This document shows positions 51,087 to 60,031 of a stretch of 64,000 nucleotides of DNA, piece after piece. The number at the start of each line of letters is the position of its first letter. Position 1 is the first letter of the stretch. The translations under genes were made by a program, and so were the position numbers. The DNA lies in the NCBI GenBank assembly GCA_036676985.1, contig JAKFBU010000038.1, positions 1 through 64,000 on the forward strand, in the 5' to 3' direction. The notes under the pieces were generated by a model. It was not told where the DNA came from and searched no databases. It worked only from the letters and a program-made list of their open reading frames with translations. The DNA is from Candidatus Sericytochromatia bacterium. Its GTDB lineage: Bacteria > Cyanobacteriota > Sericytochromatia > S15B-MN24 > UBA4093.

Positions 51087-52145
51087 ATGGCCGTGTCGTA
51101 CGATCGCGAGTTCTGCGTCCAGATCTCGGTGACCAACAACTGCAACCTTTCCTGCCGTCACTGCTACCGGGATGTGCGCAAGGCCTTCGACGACGAGTTC
51201 AGCACCGCCGAGCTGATCACGCTCCTGCACCAGGTCCGCGACCTGGCGGCCGACCTCGATCGCGAGCCCAACGTCGTCTTCAGCGGCGGCGAGCCCCTCT
51301 CCCGCCCGGATTTGGGACTGCTCGTCCGGGTGGCGCGCTCCCTGGGCATCGAGACGCACGTCAACACCAACGGCACGCTCGTCACCGAGGAGCTGGCCGC
51401 CGCCCTGCGCGAGTGGGGGATCCTCGCGGTGCAGGTGTCGCTGGACGGCCCGACCCCCGAGAGCCATGACCGGATCCGCGGACGCGGCAACTTCGAGCGC
51501 ACGCTCGTGGGCGTCCGCCACCTCCTGGCCGCAGGCATCGAGGTCATGTACAAGGTGACGCTCATGCCGGGCGTCAACACCGCGCTCATCCCCGAGTTCT
51601 ACTCGCTCGCCAACCGCGAGGGCGTGCACATCCTGTCCTTCGCGCGCCTGATCGCCATCGGTCCGGGCGCTCGCCTGCAACAGATGTCCATGCAGGAGTA
51701 CCGGGACACCCTGGAGGCGATCGCCCAGGAGGCCCACCGCTCGCCCTTCACCCGCACCGAGATCCGGGACGCGGGCTTCGACCGGGCCTTCTCCCTCGAC
51801 TTCGGGCAGAATTTCCAGAGCGAGGAAGGCCTCTCCTTCATGGCCATCGACGCCAACGGCACGGCCTATGCCGGCCGGCGCACGCCCATCCAGCTCGGCA
51901 ACTGGCGCGAGTCGTCGCTCGCCGACCTGTGGCGCCATCCGGTGCTCGAAGAGCTCAGGAGCCGCCGCATCACGGGCAAGTGCCAGGGCTGCGAGCTCTT
52001 TTCCGTCTGCGGCGGGGGCTCGCGAGCGGCCGCCTACGGCGCGACCGGGGACTACATGGCCCCCGATCCCCACTGCTGGTACGAGCCCGGGGTGGGCGAA
52101 CGAGTGACGGAGGTGGCTGCGGTCGCCCTCCCGGTGGTAAGCTAG
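51087..52145 (+). CDS. Radical SAM/SPASM-domain protein
   Basis: CNLSCRHC, SGGEP, VSLDG; C-terminal CQGCELFSVCGGGSRA...DPHC. Confidence 0.93.
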   Translation: MAVSYDREFCVQISVTNNCNLSCRHCYRDVRKAFDDEFSTAELITLLHQVRDLAADLDREPNVVFSGGEPLSRPDLGLLVRVARSLGIETHVNTNGTLVTEELAAALREWGILAVQVSLDGPTPESHDRIRGRGNFERTLVGVRHLLAAGIEVMYKVTLMPGVNTALIPEFYSLANREGVHILSFARLIAIGPGARLQQMSMQEYRDTLEAIAQEAHRSPFTRTEIRDAGFDRAFSLDFGQNFQSEEGLSFMAIDANGTAYAGRRTPIQLGNWRESSLADLWRHPVLEELRSRRITGKCQGCELFSVCGGGSRAAAYGATGDYMAPDPHCWYEPGVGERVTEVAAVALPVVS

Positions 52146-52149
52146 TGGC

Positions 52150-53280
52150 ATGCCACGCACGCTAGGAATCGATCTCGGCAACAGCAAGGTCAAGTACGTC
52201 GCCCTGGAGCTCACGGGGGACCGTCCGACCGCGCGCTATGCCACCTTCCCCCTGCCCTACACGCCCGAGCTGATGCCCGATCGCAGCACCGACTTCGAGG
52301 CGGGGCTCGTCACGACGTCGGCGGCCTTCCTCTCGGAGCTGGGCCTGTCCGCGGGCGCGTTCGACCAGGCGGTGGTCGCGACCAGCCACTTCTACAGCTA
52401 TCCCACCTTCAGCCAGGCGCTGCACCACACCGCGCGCCTCACGCAGGCGATCTGGGGCGATGCCGTCCGGCTCATCGGAGCGGACGGCAAGCTGTACTCC
52501 ACGAGCGCGGCCCTGGAGCGGACGGGGTCCGAGGTGGTGCGCTTCGCGGCCACCAAGTTCTGGGGCTCGGCGTACCTCGCGAGCAAGCTCATCCAGCGGG
52601 GCCTCTCGGTGGACGTGGGGACGACCTCGACGGATGCGATCGCCATCGTCGACGGAGTCATCGATCCGGCGTCCCAGCACGATCCCGACCGCTTCAACCT
52701 GGGCCGGCTGGAGAGCCAGCGACTCATGTGGTACGGCATGACGGCGACCCCGCTCGACTACGCGGCGCGCCGGGCCTCGGTGGGCGATCGCTCGTACTAC
52801 CTCTATCCGCGCATGGCGCAGACCGAGTGCGTGACGCGCATCCTGGACCTGGTCCCGGAGGAGCTCGCGCGCCGGCATGCCTACTTCGGGCGCTATCCCT
52901 CGCGGGAGGAGGCCCTGTTCGAGCTCGCCCAGGCCTTCGGTCTGGACCGGGAGCTGTTGAGCGACCGGGATCTGGTCGATCTGGCGGGCAACTTGCATCG
53001 CCAGCTGATCGCCCGGGTGGCCGAGGGCGTGGCCCGGGTCATGGCCCAGGCGGGCCTGGGGCATCCGGGGTCGATCCAGGCGGCCGTGATGGGCCTGGGC
53101 AAGGACGCGCTGGCGCGCCAGGCGTTGCTGGCCTGCGGGGTCAAGCACGACCGGATCGTGGACGTCGAGGACGTCATCGGGCCGGAGCTCGCGGCGGTGT
53201 CCACGGCCTACGGCGTGGCCCTCAAGGGCCTCGAGGAGGTCGCGGGGCGCTCCTTGGGCTTCGAGGCGGCTCGGACCTAG
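52150..53280 (+). CDS. Hydantoinase/oxoprolinase-family protein, MfnF-like
   Basis: GIDLGNSKVK, AATKFW, VDVGTTSTDAIAIVDG, RLESQRLMWYGMTATP align by eye with MfnF/Orf9-type motifs. Confidence 0.72.
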   Translation: MPRTLGIDLGNSKVKYVALELTGDRPTARYATFPLPYTPELMPDRSTDFEAGLVTTSAAFLSELGLSAGAFDQAVVATSHFYSYPTFSQALHHTARLTQAIWGDAVRLIGADGKLYSTSAALERTGSEVVRFAATKFWGSAYLASKLIQRGLSVDVGTTSTDAIAIVDGVIDPASQHDPDRFNLGRLESQRLMWYGMTATPLDYAARRASVGDRSYYLYPRMAQTECVTRILDLVPEELARRHAYFGRYPSREEALFELAQAFGLDRELLSDRDLVDLAGNLHRQLIARVAEGVARVMAQAGLGHPGSIQAAVMGLGKDALARQALLACGVKHDRIVDVEDVIGPELAAVSTAYGVALKGLEEVAGRSLGFEAART

Positions 53281-53415
53281 GGCGAACTCCCGCGAAACCA
53301 CGCCCGACTTGCCCTGCAGCGTTCGGGCGGAACACACATCCCTTCCTCACCTCGTGTCCCGGAGACCCAAAGCGACTATACTGCGGCCATCGTCCCAGGC
53401 AAGTCAGGCGGGAGG

Positions 53416-54054
53416 ATGTTCATGGCCAGGGTAGTGATCGTCGATGACCTCCAGGAGACCATCGATATCCTGGCCCCCCCCCTTGTCAGCCAGGGGCACG
53501 AGGTGTTGACGGACATCAGCCCGATTGACTTCGAGCGGGTCATGGCCTTCAAACCCGACGTGCTCACGCTCGACCTGTACCGTCGGCTCGAAGCGTTCGA
53601 CCGCCCGATTCAAAACATCGAGGCCGACGTGATCGGCTTCAAACCCCTCGTGGAGATGGAGCAGTACCCCGCCATCAGCGTCATTCCCATCATCCTGATT
53701 GGCAACTGCCTGCAGGAGAAGGACATTCCCACGTCCGTCAACTACGACTTGTTCCTCAGCCTTCCGGGGGATGTCAAGCTCTACTTCCCGAAGGTGGTCG
53801 AGATCGCCACCACGGTGAAGACGCGCCGCCAGATCAGCGACTACGTCTGTCCCCACTGCGGGAGCCGGCTGACGTTCACGGGGAAACGGAGAACGGACTT
53901 CTTTTGCCCCCGCTGCCACACCGCCGTCGCCCTCATCGACGACGAAAGCTGCATTGCACACACCAGTGACGGGCGCAAGCTTCCCTGCACCCTCGACATG
54001 TTGCGGCCACCCAAGGCGCTGCCCTTGAAATCCAGGAACAGACCGTCCGACTAG
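53416..54054 (+). CDS. Atypical receiver domain fused to a Zn-ribbon
   Basis: VIVDD, TLDL receiver-like core; CPHC...CPRC. Confidence 0.7.
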   Translation: MFMARVVIVDDLQETIDILAPPLVSQGHEVLTDISPIDFERVMAFKPDVLTLDLYRRLEAFDRPIQNIEADVIGFKPLVEMEQYPAISVIPIILIGNCLQEKDIPTSVNYDLFLSLPGDVKLYFPKVVEIATTVKTRRQISDYVCPHCGSRLTFTGKRRTDFFCPRCHTAVALIDDESCIAHTSDGRKLPCTLDMLRPPKALPLKSRNRPSD

Positions 54055-54106
54055 CGAGGCGGTGCCGGCCCAGCGGCCGATCCGGATCAGGAGGTCGAGA
54101 CGGCTG

Positions 54107-56524
54107 CTAGTTGGCCTTGAGCGTGACGAGCGTGATGTCGTCGAACTGGTCCGTCCCCTCCGAGAAGCGACGGATGGCCGACAGGATGGCCGTCTCCACC
54201 TCCTGGGCGGGCGACGTCACGTTGGCCGCCACGATCTCTGCCAGGCGCTCCTCGCCGAACTGTTCGCTGGTAGGGTTGAGGGCGTCCTCCGCCCCGTCGC
54301 TGTAGAAGACGATGAGCTCGCCTTCCTTCAGCGTCGCCCGGTTCTCCTCGTAGCCGATGGACGGGAACATGCCGAGCGAGACGCCCTTGGCCTCCAGCCG
54401 ACCCGTCGTGCCGGCCCGCGTCTCCATGGGCAGCGGGTTGCCGGCGTTTGAGAAGACGAGGCTGCGATCGCGCGAGTCGTAGACTGCGTAGAACGCCGTC
54501 ACGAACATCTTCTTGGACGGACGGTTGAGGTAGATGAGCTCGTTGGCCTTGGCCATCACGTCTGCCGAGGAGTAGTTGTCGCGGGCGATGGAGCGGAAGA
54601 TGACGAGGGTCATGGCCATCAGGAGGGCCGCCGGCACGCCCTTGCCCGACACGTCCCCGATGAGGATGCCCAGCCGGTGCTCGTCCACCGGGATGATGTC
54701 GTAGAAGTCGCCGCCCACCTCGAGCGCCGGGATCGAGGTGGCCGAGAACTCGACGCCGTCCAGGGCGGGGAGGCTCGTCCGCAGGAGGCCCGACTGGACC
54801 TCGTGGGCGATTTCCAGCTCGCGCTTGAGACGCTCCTGGCTCGCGAGCTGGCCGAACAGCTGGGCGTTCTTGACCCACAGGGCGAGCTGCTGGCAGAGGC
54901 TCACGAGCAGCGTGCGGTCCGTGAAGGTGTAGTTGAGGTCGCTCTTGCGCGGACCCACGAGCACGAGGCCGACCAGCTCGTCCTTGAGGCGCAGGGGCAA
55001 GGCGGTGGCCTGCAGCAGGCCGTCCACGTCCAGGGGCTCGGTGGTGACCGAGAGCTGCTGATCGGCGAGCAAGGTCCTGAGGGCAGGGTGCTCCGGGCTC
55101 AGCTCGATGCGCTGCCCGTACTCGAGTCCGAGGCTCTCGCGCTGCACGAGGTTGCCGGTGGCCTGGTCGCGCAAGAGGACCGCCACGTACTGGGGATAGA
55201 GCGCGAACTCGATGGTCTTGACGAAGAGGCGCAAGAGCTCGGTGGCGTCGAAGGTCTCGCGGGCCCGGTCGCCGAAGTCCGTCAGCAGCTGGGCGAGGTT
55301 GTAGCCGGTGCGGAAGAAGAGCTTGTCGACGAGGACCTTGGTGCGATCGCGCAAGGGAGCGAACGCTACGGCCACCGCGCCGGTCGCGACGATGTTGGTC
55401 CACTCGGAGCCCGTGCCGAACAGGCTGCGGATGCCCGCCGTCAGGATGAAGTAGGCCGACGTCAAGGCCGCCGTCACGATGGCGTAGGTGACGGTGCGCT
55501 TGACGATGACGTCGATGTCGAAGAGCTTGTGGCGGACGATGGTGTAGGCGACCGCCGCCGGGAAGATGACCATGCCGAAGAAGGTGTACTCGCCCCCCGG
55601 AAGGGTGGTGCCCATGGTCATCAGGCCGTTGACGATGATGACGGGCAGAAAGGCGATGAGGGCCCCCCACAGGATGAGGTTGGCCTGGCTCTTGACCTGA
55701 GGCGGGCTCGTGCGGCTGAAGCGGGCCCAGATGGAGGCGATGGGCACGATGAGGGTCGCGCCCGAGCCGATGAGCGTCAGGAACTCGAAGGCCACGGGCC
55801 ACATGTCCGGCCGGTAGAAGCTGAACAGGATGTAGCCCATGAACAGGAAGCCCGCGACGAGGTTGGCGGGCACGATCCAGGGGAACCGCTCGATGACGGG
55901 CATCTTGCGGGGCATGAGGAACGCCAGGTTGATGGCGAAGGCCCCCAGGAGCGCAAAGGCCTGGTTGTGCGGGAAGGTCGTGAAGACCTGGGTCGTGATG
56001 CCGTCGAAGTTGGTGACGAAGAACGTCCCGAAGAAGATGCAGAACAGGAGGTGCGCGCGGGCGACGGGATCGCCCGGCTTGACCAAGGAGACGAAGATGC
56101 CGATGAAGAAGTGGAAGAAGCCCACCACCCAGAACGCCAGGAAGAAGCCCACGTAGTCGAAGAGCGTGAAGCGCTGGGTCGGGATCGAGAGGTCCTGCTT
56201 CGCGAAGCCGTCGCCGGAGCGCCGCTCCACCGTGTAGCGCAACGGCGTGCCGGGGGGATGGGCCGCGACGATCCGGTAGACTTCCTGTCCGTCGGCCACC
56301 GGCGCGCCGTCGACGGCCACGACCCGGTCCTTCTGCTTGATCCCCGCCTGGATGCCCGTCCAGCGGGACGACGCCAGGGAGTCGACGGTGTTGTTGCGCA
56401 GGACGACGAAGCCGGGGAAGGGGCGATTGATCCAGGTGAAGGAGAGCAACAGACACGCTATCGAAATTATCACGAGCGAGCCCATGGTCGCCCAGAATAA
56501 GGCCTTGGTTAGCTTCTGCTGCAT
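54107..56524 (-). CDS. PDZ-multi-TM-GAF-PP2C (SpoIIE/RsbU-family) phosphatase
   Basis: AGIKQKDRVVAVDG PDZ; several TMs; VGGDFYD, DVSGKG, YSDG, DDIT. Confidence 0.9.
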   Translation of the reverse strand: MQQKLTKALFWATMGSLVIISIACLLLSFTWINRPFPGFVVLRNNTVDSLASSRWTGIQAGIKQKDRVVAVDGAPVADGQEVYRIVAAHPPGTPLRYTVERRSGDGFAKQDLSIPTQRFTLFDYVGFFLAFWVVGFFHFFIGIFVSLVKPGDPVARAHLLFCIFFGTFFVTNFDGITTQVFTTFPHNQAFALLGAFAINLAFLMPRKMPVIERFPWIVPANLVAGFLFMGYILFSFYRPDMWPVAFEFLTLIGSGATLIVPIASIWARFSRTSPPQVKSQANLILWGALIAFLPVIIVNGLMTMGTTLPGGEYTFFGMVIFPAAVAYTIVRHKLFDIDVIVKRTVTYAIVTAALTSAYFILTAGIRSLFGTGSEWTNIVATGAVAVAFAPLRDRTKVLVDKLFFRTGYNLAQLLTDFGDRARETFDATELLRLFVKTIEFALYPQYVAVLLRDQATGNLVQRESLGLEYGQRIELSPEHPALRTLLADQQLSVTTEPLDVDGLLQATALPLRLKDELVGLVLVGPRKSDLNYTFTDRTLLVSLCQQLALWVKNAQLFGQLASQERLKRELEIAHEVQSGLLRTSLPALDGVEFSATSIPALEVGGDFYDIIPVDEHRLGILIGDVSGKGVPAALLMAMTLVIFRSIARDNYSSADVMAKANELIYLNRPSKKMFVTAFYAVYDSRDRSLVFSNAGNPLPMETRAGTTGRLEAKGVSLGMFPSIGYEENRATLKEGELIVFYSDGAEDALNPTSEQFGEERLAEIVAANVTSPAQEVETAILSAIRRFSEGTDQFDDITLVTLKAN

Positions 56525-56652
56525 CTGATCGCTTTCTATCCCAGTATTTATAGGCCTTATACCATGGGAGATTGGAAAGTTATCGTGACAAAAACACGGC
56601 TTGCGTGAGGATGCGCGGTAGTTCAGGCCCCCTTCGCGGGTATGATCTCCCC

Positions 56653-57723
56653 ATGGCCAGCACCGCGATCGACTCCCGCCTCGTCTCTAGCCTCCTGGGC
56701 TTTCTCATGGCCCAGGCGGCCGACGACTTCTCCGAGGCCGTCGAGCTGCAGGGAGCCGTTCCGGGCTATCCCCTCTTGATCGGAGCGACGTTCCCGCTGT
56801 CGCTCATCGCCTCGGCCCTCGACCGGGCGGCGCCCTCCGACCCGGAGGTGCAGGCCGTCGTGGCCCGTCTCGTGGAGGCGCTGGTCGGCTTCGGCGACGA
56901 GGACGGCTGGCGCTACTTCACGATCTGTCCGGACATCCCGCCCGATGCCGACGACCTGGCGCAGGTAGTCGCCATCCTGGCCGAGCGCCGCCACCCCCAG
57001 GCGGCCATGCTGCTGGCAGGCCCGTTGCGCCGCCTCGCGCGCAACGCGCAGGGGACGGGGCGCTACCGGACCTGGCTCGTGGACACGCCGGAAGAGGCGG
57101 CGCAGGCGGACTTCACCTGGGCGGCCGGCCGGGATCCCGTGCATCCCGAGGTGGTGGCGAACGTCCTGTACGCGCTGTGGCGCCTCGATCGCGAGGCCTG
57201 GCGGGACGACATTCTCGCGGGCGCCCGCTGGCTCTTGACCCGGCAACAGGCGGGACTCTGGGCCAGCTACTGGTACTACGGCCACGGCTACGGGACGCAT
57301 CTGGTCCTGCGGCTCTTGGCGGCGGTCGCCGAGACCTGGCCGGGCGAGGTCGCGGGCCTCCCAGACGCGCAGGCCGCGGCCCGGGAGTCGCTACTCGCGG
57401 CCCAGGAGGCGCTGGGCGGCTGGAAGGTGGCGCAAGCGCCCCTGGGCCTCTTGGAGCTCGGTGAAGCTTGGGAGTCCGGCCCGGAGCGGGCGCTCGAAAC
57501 AGCCCTTTGCCTGTCGGCCCTGACATATTTGCCGGTGGATGACACCGTACGCATGGCCCAGGAACGGGCCATTGCCTATCTCGCCTCGATCCAGGAGCCG
57601 GACGGAGGCTTCGCGGCCGAACCGTACTACTTTACGATGGGTCGTATTCCGCACCAGAGCAGGTGTTTGACCGCTGCTGCCGTTTTGTCGGCCGCGGCGT
57701 TCGTGGGTCATGGGGGCAGTTAG
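56653..57723 (+). CDS. Prenyltransferase/squalene-cyclase-fold (class II terpene cyclase-like) protein
   Basis: PPDADDLA (DxDD), QW-like motifs QQAGLW, QEALGGW, QEPDGGF. Confidence 0.7.
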   Translation: MASTAIDSRLVSSLLGFLMAQAADDFSEAVELQGAVPGYPLLIGATFPLSLIASALDRAAPSDPEVQAVVARLVEALVGFGDEDGWRYFTICPDIPPDADDLAQVVAILAERRHPQAAMLLAGPLRRLARNAQGTGRYRTWLVDTPEEAAQADFTWAAGRDPVHPEVVANVLYALWRLDREAWRDDILAGARWLLTRQQAGLWASYWYYGHGYGTHLVLRLLAAVAETWPGEVAGLPDAQAAARESLLAAQEALGGWKVAQAPLGLLELGEAWESGPERALETALCLSALTYLPVDDTVRMAQERAIAYLASIQEPDGGFAAEPYYFTMGRIPHQSRCLTAAAVLSAAAFVGHGGS

Positions 57724-57794
57724 CCTGCGTCTGGTAGGGGGTATGGGAAGCAAGGGGGAAGAAAGCTAGGTCATTTCCTGCGCGGCAGCGTATA

Positions 57795-58190
57795 ATGACA
57801 GCAGCAACCCAATCGTACCAACCGGGAGAGGGATCTTCGTTGGAGACATTCAAGCAAAGCATCGAAACAGCTGGTGATATCACCTTCCTGAAGCCCGAGG
57901 GGTTCATCGACGCCCACACGGCTCCCGAGCTCGAGAAGGTGCTCAATGACCTGCTGGCCCAACACCGCTACAAGGTGGTGCTGGATTGCCAGAACATGGA
58001 GTACATCTCGAGCGCGGGTCTCGGCGTCCTCATGGGGGCCATCAGCACCTTCCGTCAGAACAAGGGCGACATGAAGCTCGTCCAGCTCCCGCCCAAGGTG
58101 TTCAAGGTCTTCGACCTGCTCGGCTTCACCAAGCTGTTCGAGATCTTCGATTCGCGCGGCGAGGCGATCGCCGCTTTCCAGGAGAGCTAA
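57795..58190 (+). CDS. Anti-sigma factor antagonist (STAS, RsbV-like)
   Basis: GFIDAHTAP, YISSAGLGVL, FDLLGF. Confidence 0.9.
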   Translation: MTAATQSYQPGEGSSLETFKQSIETAGDITFLKPEGFIDAHTAPELEKVLNDLLAQHRYKVVLDCQNMEYISSAGLGVLMGAISTFRQNKGDMKLVQLPPKVFKVFDLLGFTKLFEIFDSRGEAIAAFQES

Positions 58191-58195
58191 CGTCC

Positions 58196-58630
58196 ATGGG
58201 CGAGTCCAGCCAGTTCGAGGCCACCTTCCGCAACGACACGGCGAATCTCTACGAGATTCGCACCTTCGTGCGCGAAAAGGCGCTTGCGATGGGATTCCCC
58301 GAGGAGTCCATCGACAACATCGAGCTGGCCGTGGACGAGGCGTGCGCCAACATCATGGAGCACGCCTATCCGCCCGGCGTCTTGGAGCCGGGGCTCCACC
58401 TGATCATCCAGTACGAGGACGACAAGTTCACGGTGATCATCTCCGATCGCGGGGAGACCTTCGATCCGGGCAAGATCAAGCCGCCGGTGATGAAGGAGTA
58501 CATCTCCGAGTACCGGGTGGGCGGCCTCGGCATCTACCTCATGCGCACCCTGATGGACCAGGTGGATTACCACATCCAGCCGGGCATCAAGAACGAGGTC
58601 CGCATGGTCAAGTTCCTGCCTGCCGTCTAG
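58196..58630 (+). CDS. Anti-sigma factor kinase (RsbW-like)
   Basis: LAVDEACANIMEHAY, DRG, GGLGIYLM. Confidence 0.9.
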   Translation: MGESSQFEATFRNDTANLYEIRTFVREKALAMGFPEESIDNIELAVDEACANIMEHAYPPGVLEPGLHLIIQYEDDKFTVIISDRGETFDPGKIKPPVMKEYISEYRVGGLGIYLMRTLMDQVDYHIQPGIKNEVRMVKFLPAV

Positions 58631-58632
58631 CA

Positions 58633-59412
58633 GTGCTCCTCACCAGCCTTCAAAACCCCAAGCTCAAGTCGCTCCGCTCGCTGCACGCCCGCAAGGGTCG
58701 AAAGCAGGCGGGCCTTTTCATGTTGGAGACCACCAAGCTGGTCCAGGAGGCGATCGCCTCTGGCTGGCCCCTGGAAGAGGTCTTCGCCACCGAGGAGTGG
58801 GTCGCCAAGTACGGAGCCCCCGCTGATGCCCCCGTGACCCTCGTGGCCGAGCGGCTGTTCACCCAGATCGTCACGACGGAGACGCCCGAGGGGGTCGTGG
58901 CCGTGGCACGGCTGCCGCAGGAGCCGGAGCTGCCGAAGGTGACGGCGACGTCGTTCTTCGTGGTGGCGGACGCCCTGCAGGACCCGGGCAACCTCGGGAC
59001 CATCATCCGCACGGCGGATGCGGTGGGCGCGACGGCCGTGCTCGTGGGGCCCGGGACGGTGGATCCCTACTCCCCGAAGGTCGTGCGCGCGACCATGGGC
59101 TCGCTCTTCCACCTGCCGGTGCTCGTGCGTTCGTCCCTCTACGACGATCTGAAGCAGCTCAAGGGACAGGGCGTCGCGGTCTTCGCCACGGCCCTGCGTC
59201 ACGACCGTTCGCTGTACGACCTGGACCTGTCGGGCCCCTTGGCGTGGCTCGTCGGGAACGAGGGGGCGGGGCTCACGCCGGAGGCCCTGGCGCTCGCCAC
59301 CGAGGCCGTCTCCATCCCCATGCCGGGGCAGGCGGAGTCCCTCAACGCCTCGGTCGCGACGGCCGTGTGCCTGTACGAGACCCTGCGGCAGCGCGTGGCT
59401 AGGGGCCGCTGA
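58633..59412 (+). CDS. TrmH/SpoU-family RNA methyltransferase
   Basis: QDPGNLGTIIRTA, GNEGAG, ESLNAS. Confidence 0.92.
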   Translation: MLLTSLQNPKLKSLRSLHARKGRKQAGLFMLETTKLVQEAIASGWPLEEVFATEEWVAKYGAPADAPVTLVAERLFTQIVTTETPEGVVAVARLPQEPELPKVTATSFFVVADALQDPGNLGTIIRTADAVGATAVLVGPGTVDPYSPKVVRATMGSLFHLPVLVRSSLYDDLKQLKGQGVAVFATALRHDRSLYDLDLSGPLAWLVGNEGAGLTPEALALATEAVSIPMPGQAESLNASVATAVCLYETLRQRVARGR

Positions 59413-60031
59413 ACGGCGCGCGCTTTCTCAACTGACGAACGTACCAGATGATGGCCCAGCGGTCCTCCGTGCTCAGGCGCTTGCGGAAGCTCGGCATGGT
59501 GGAGAAGCCGTTGGTGATCCGCTCGAACATCAGACCATCGGACATGCCGCGAACGTGCGTGTCTGTGAGGTCGCGAGGGCGGGGGGCGTAGACCTCGCCG
59601 ACCGGTCCGTCGCCCTTGCCGCCCTGGCCGTGGCAGAAGGAGCAGTAGTCGCGGTACCGCACGGCGCCGACCGCGAGCACGGCGGCGGTGCGGGGCAAGG
59701 GGTTGGACGCGGTGGCGCCACCCGGCGGCAGGGCGGCCATGGACCAGGGGCGGGGCGGGGTCAAGGGGATCGAGCCGCTCGCGGGGAGGAGCGGGTCCTC
59801 TTGGGAATGGATGGACGGCTGATCGGCCATCTGGCCGGAGCAGCCCATGAGTAAGACCGTCAGCGCGAGGGTGACCCAGATACCACCCCCCCAACCCCCC
59901 CTGCTTCGCAAGGGGGGCTTTTGTTGGGGCGGGGCGGTGGATGGCGTTCCAATCTCCCGGCGCAGCCGGGCAGTCCTTGTGCCCCCCTTGCTTGCAGGGG
60001 GGGAAGGGGGGGTGGCTCTCGTCAGTCCCAT
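59399..60031 (-). CDS. actE: Monoheme cytochrome c lipoprotein (ActE-like) with a repeat-derived N-terminal insertion
   Basis: CSFCH, lipobox LMGC, MP distal ligand, DRWAIIWYVR; last gene of the act cluster. Confidence 0.8.
   Translation of the reverse strand: MGLTRATPPSPPASKGGTRTARLRREIGTPSTAPPQQKPPLRSRGGWGGGIWVTLALTVLLMGCSGQMADQPSIHSQEDPLLPASGSIPLTPPRPWSMAALPPGGATASNPLPRTAAVLAVGAVRYRDYCSFCHGQGGKGDGPVGEVYAPRPRDLTDTHVRGMSDGLMFERITNGFSTMPSFRKRLSTEDRWAIIWYVRQLRKRAPFSGP
59883..60015. repeat. Imperfect inverted REP-like doublet
   Basis: CCACCCCCCCAACCCCCCCTGCTTCGCAAGGGGGGC ... GCCCCCCTTGCTTGCAGGGGGGGAAGGGGGGGTGG. Confidence 0.75.
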
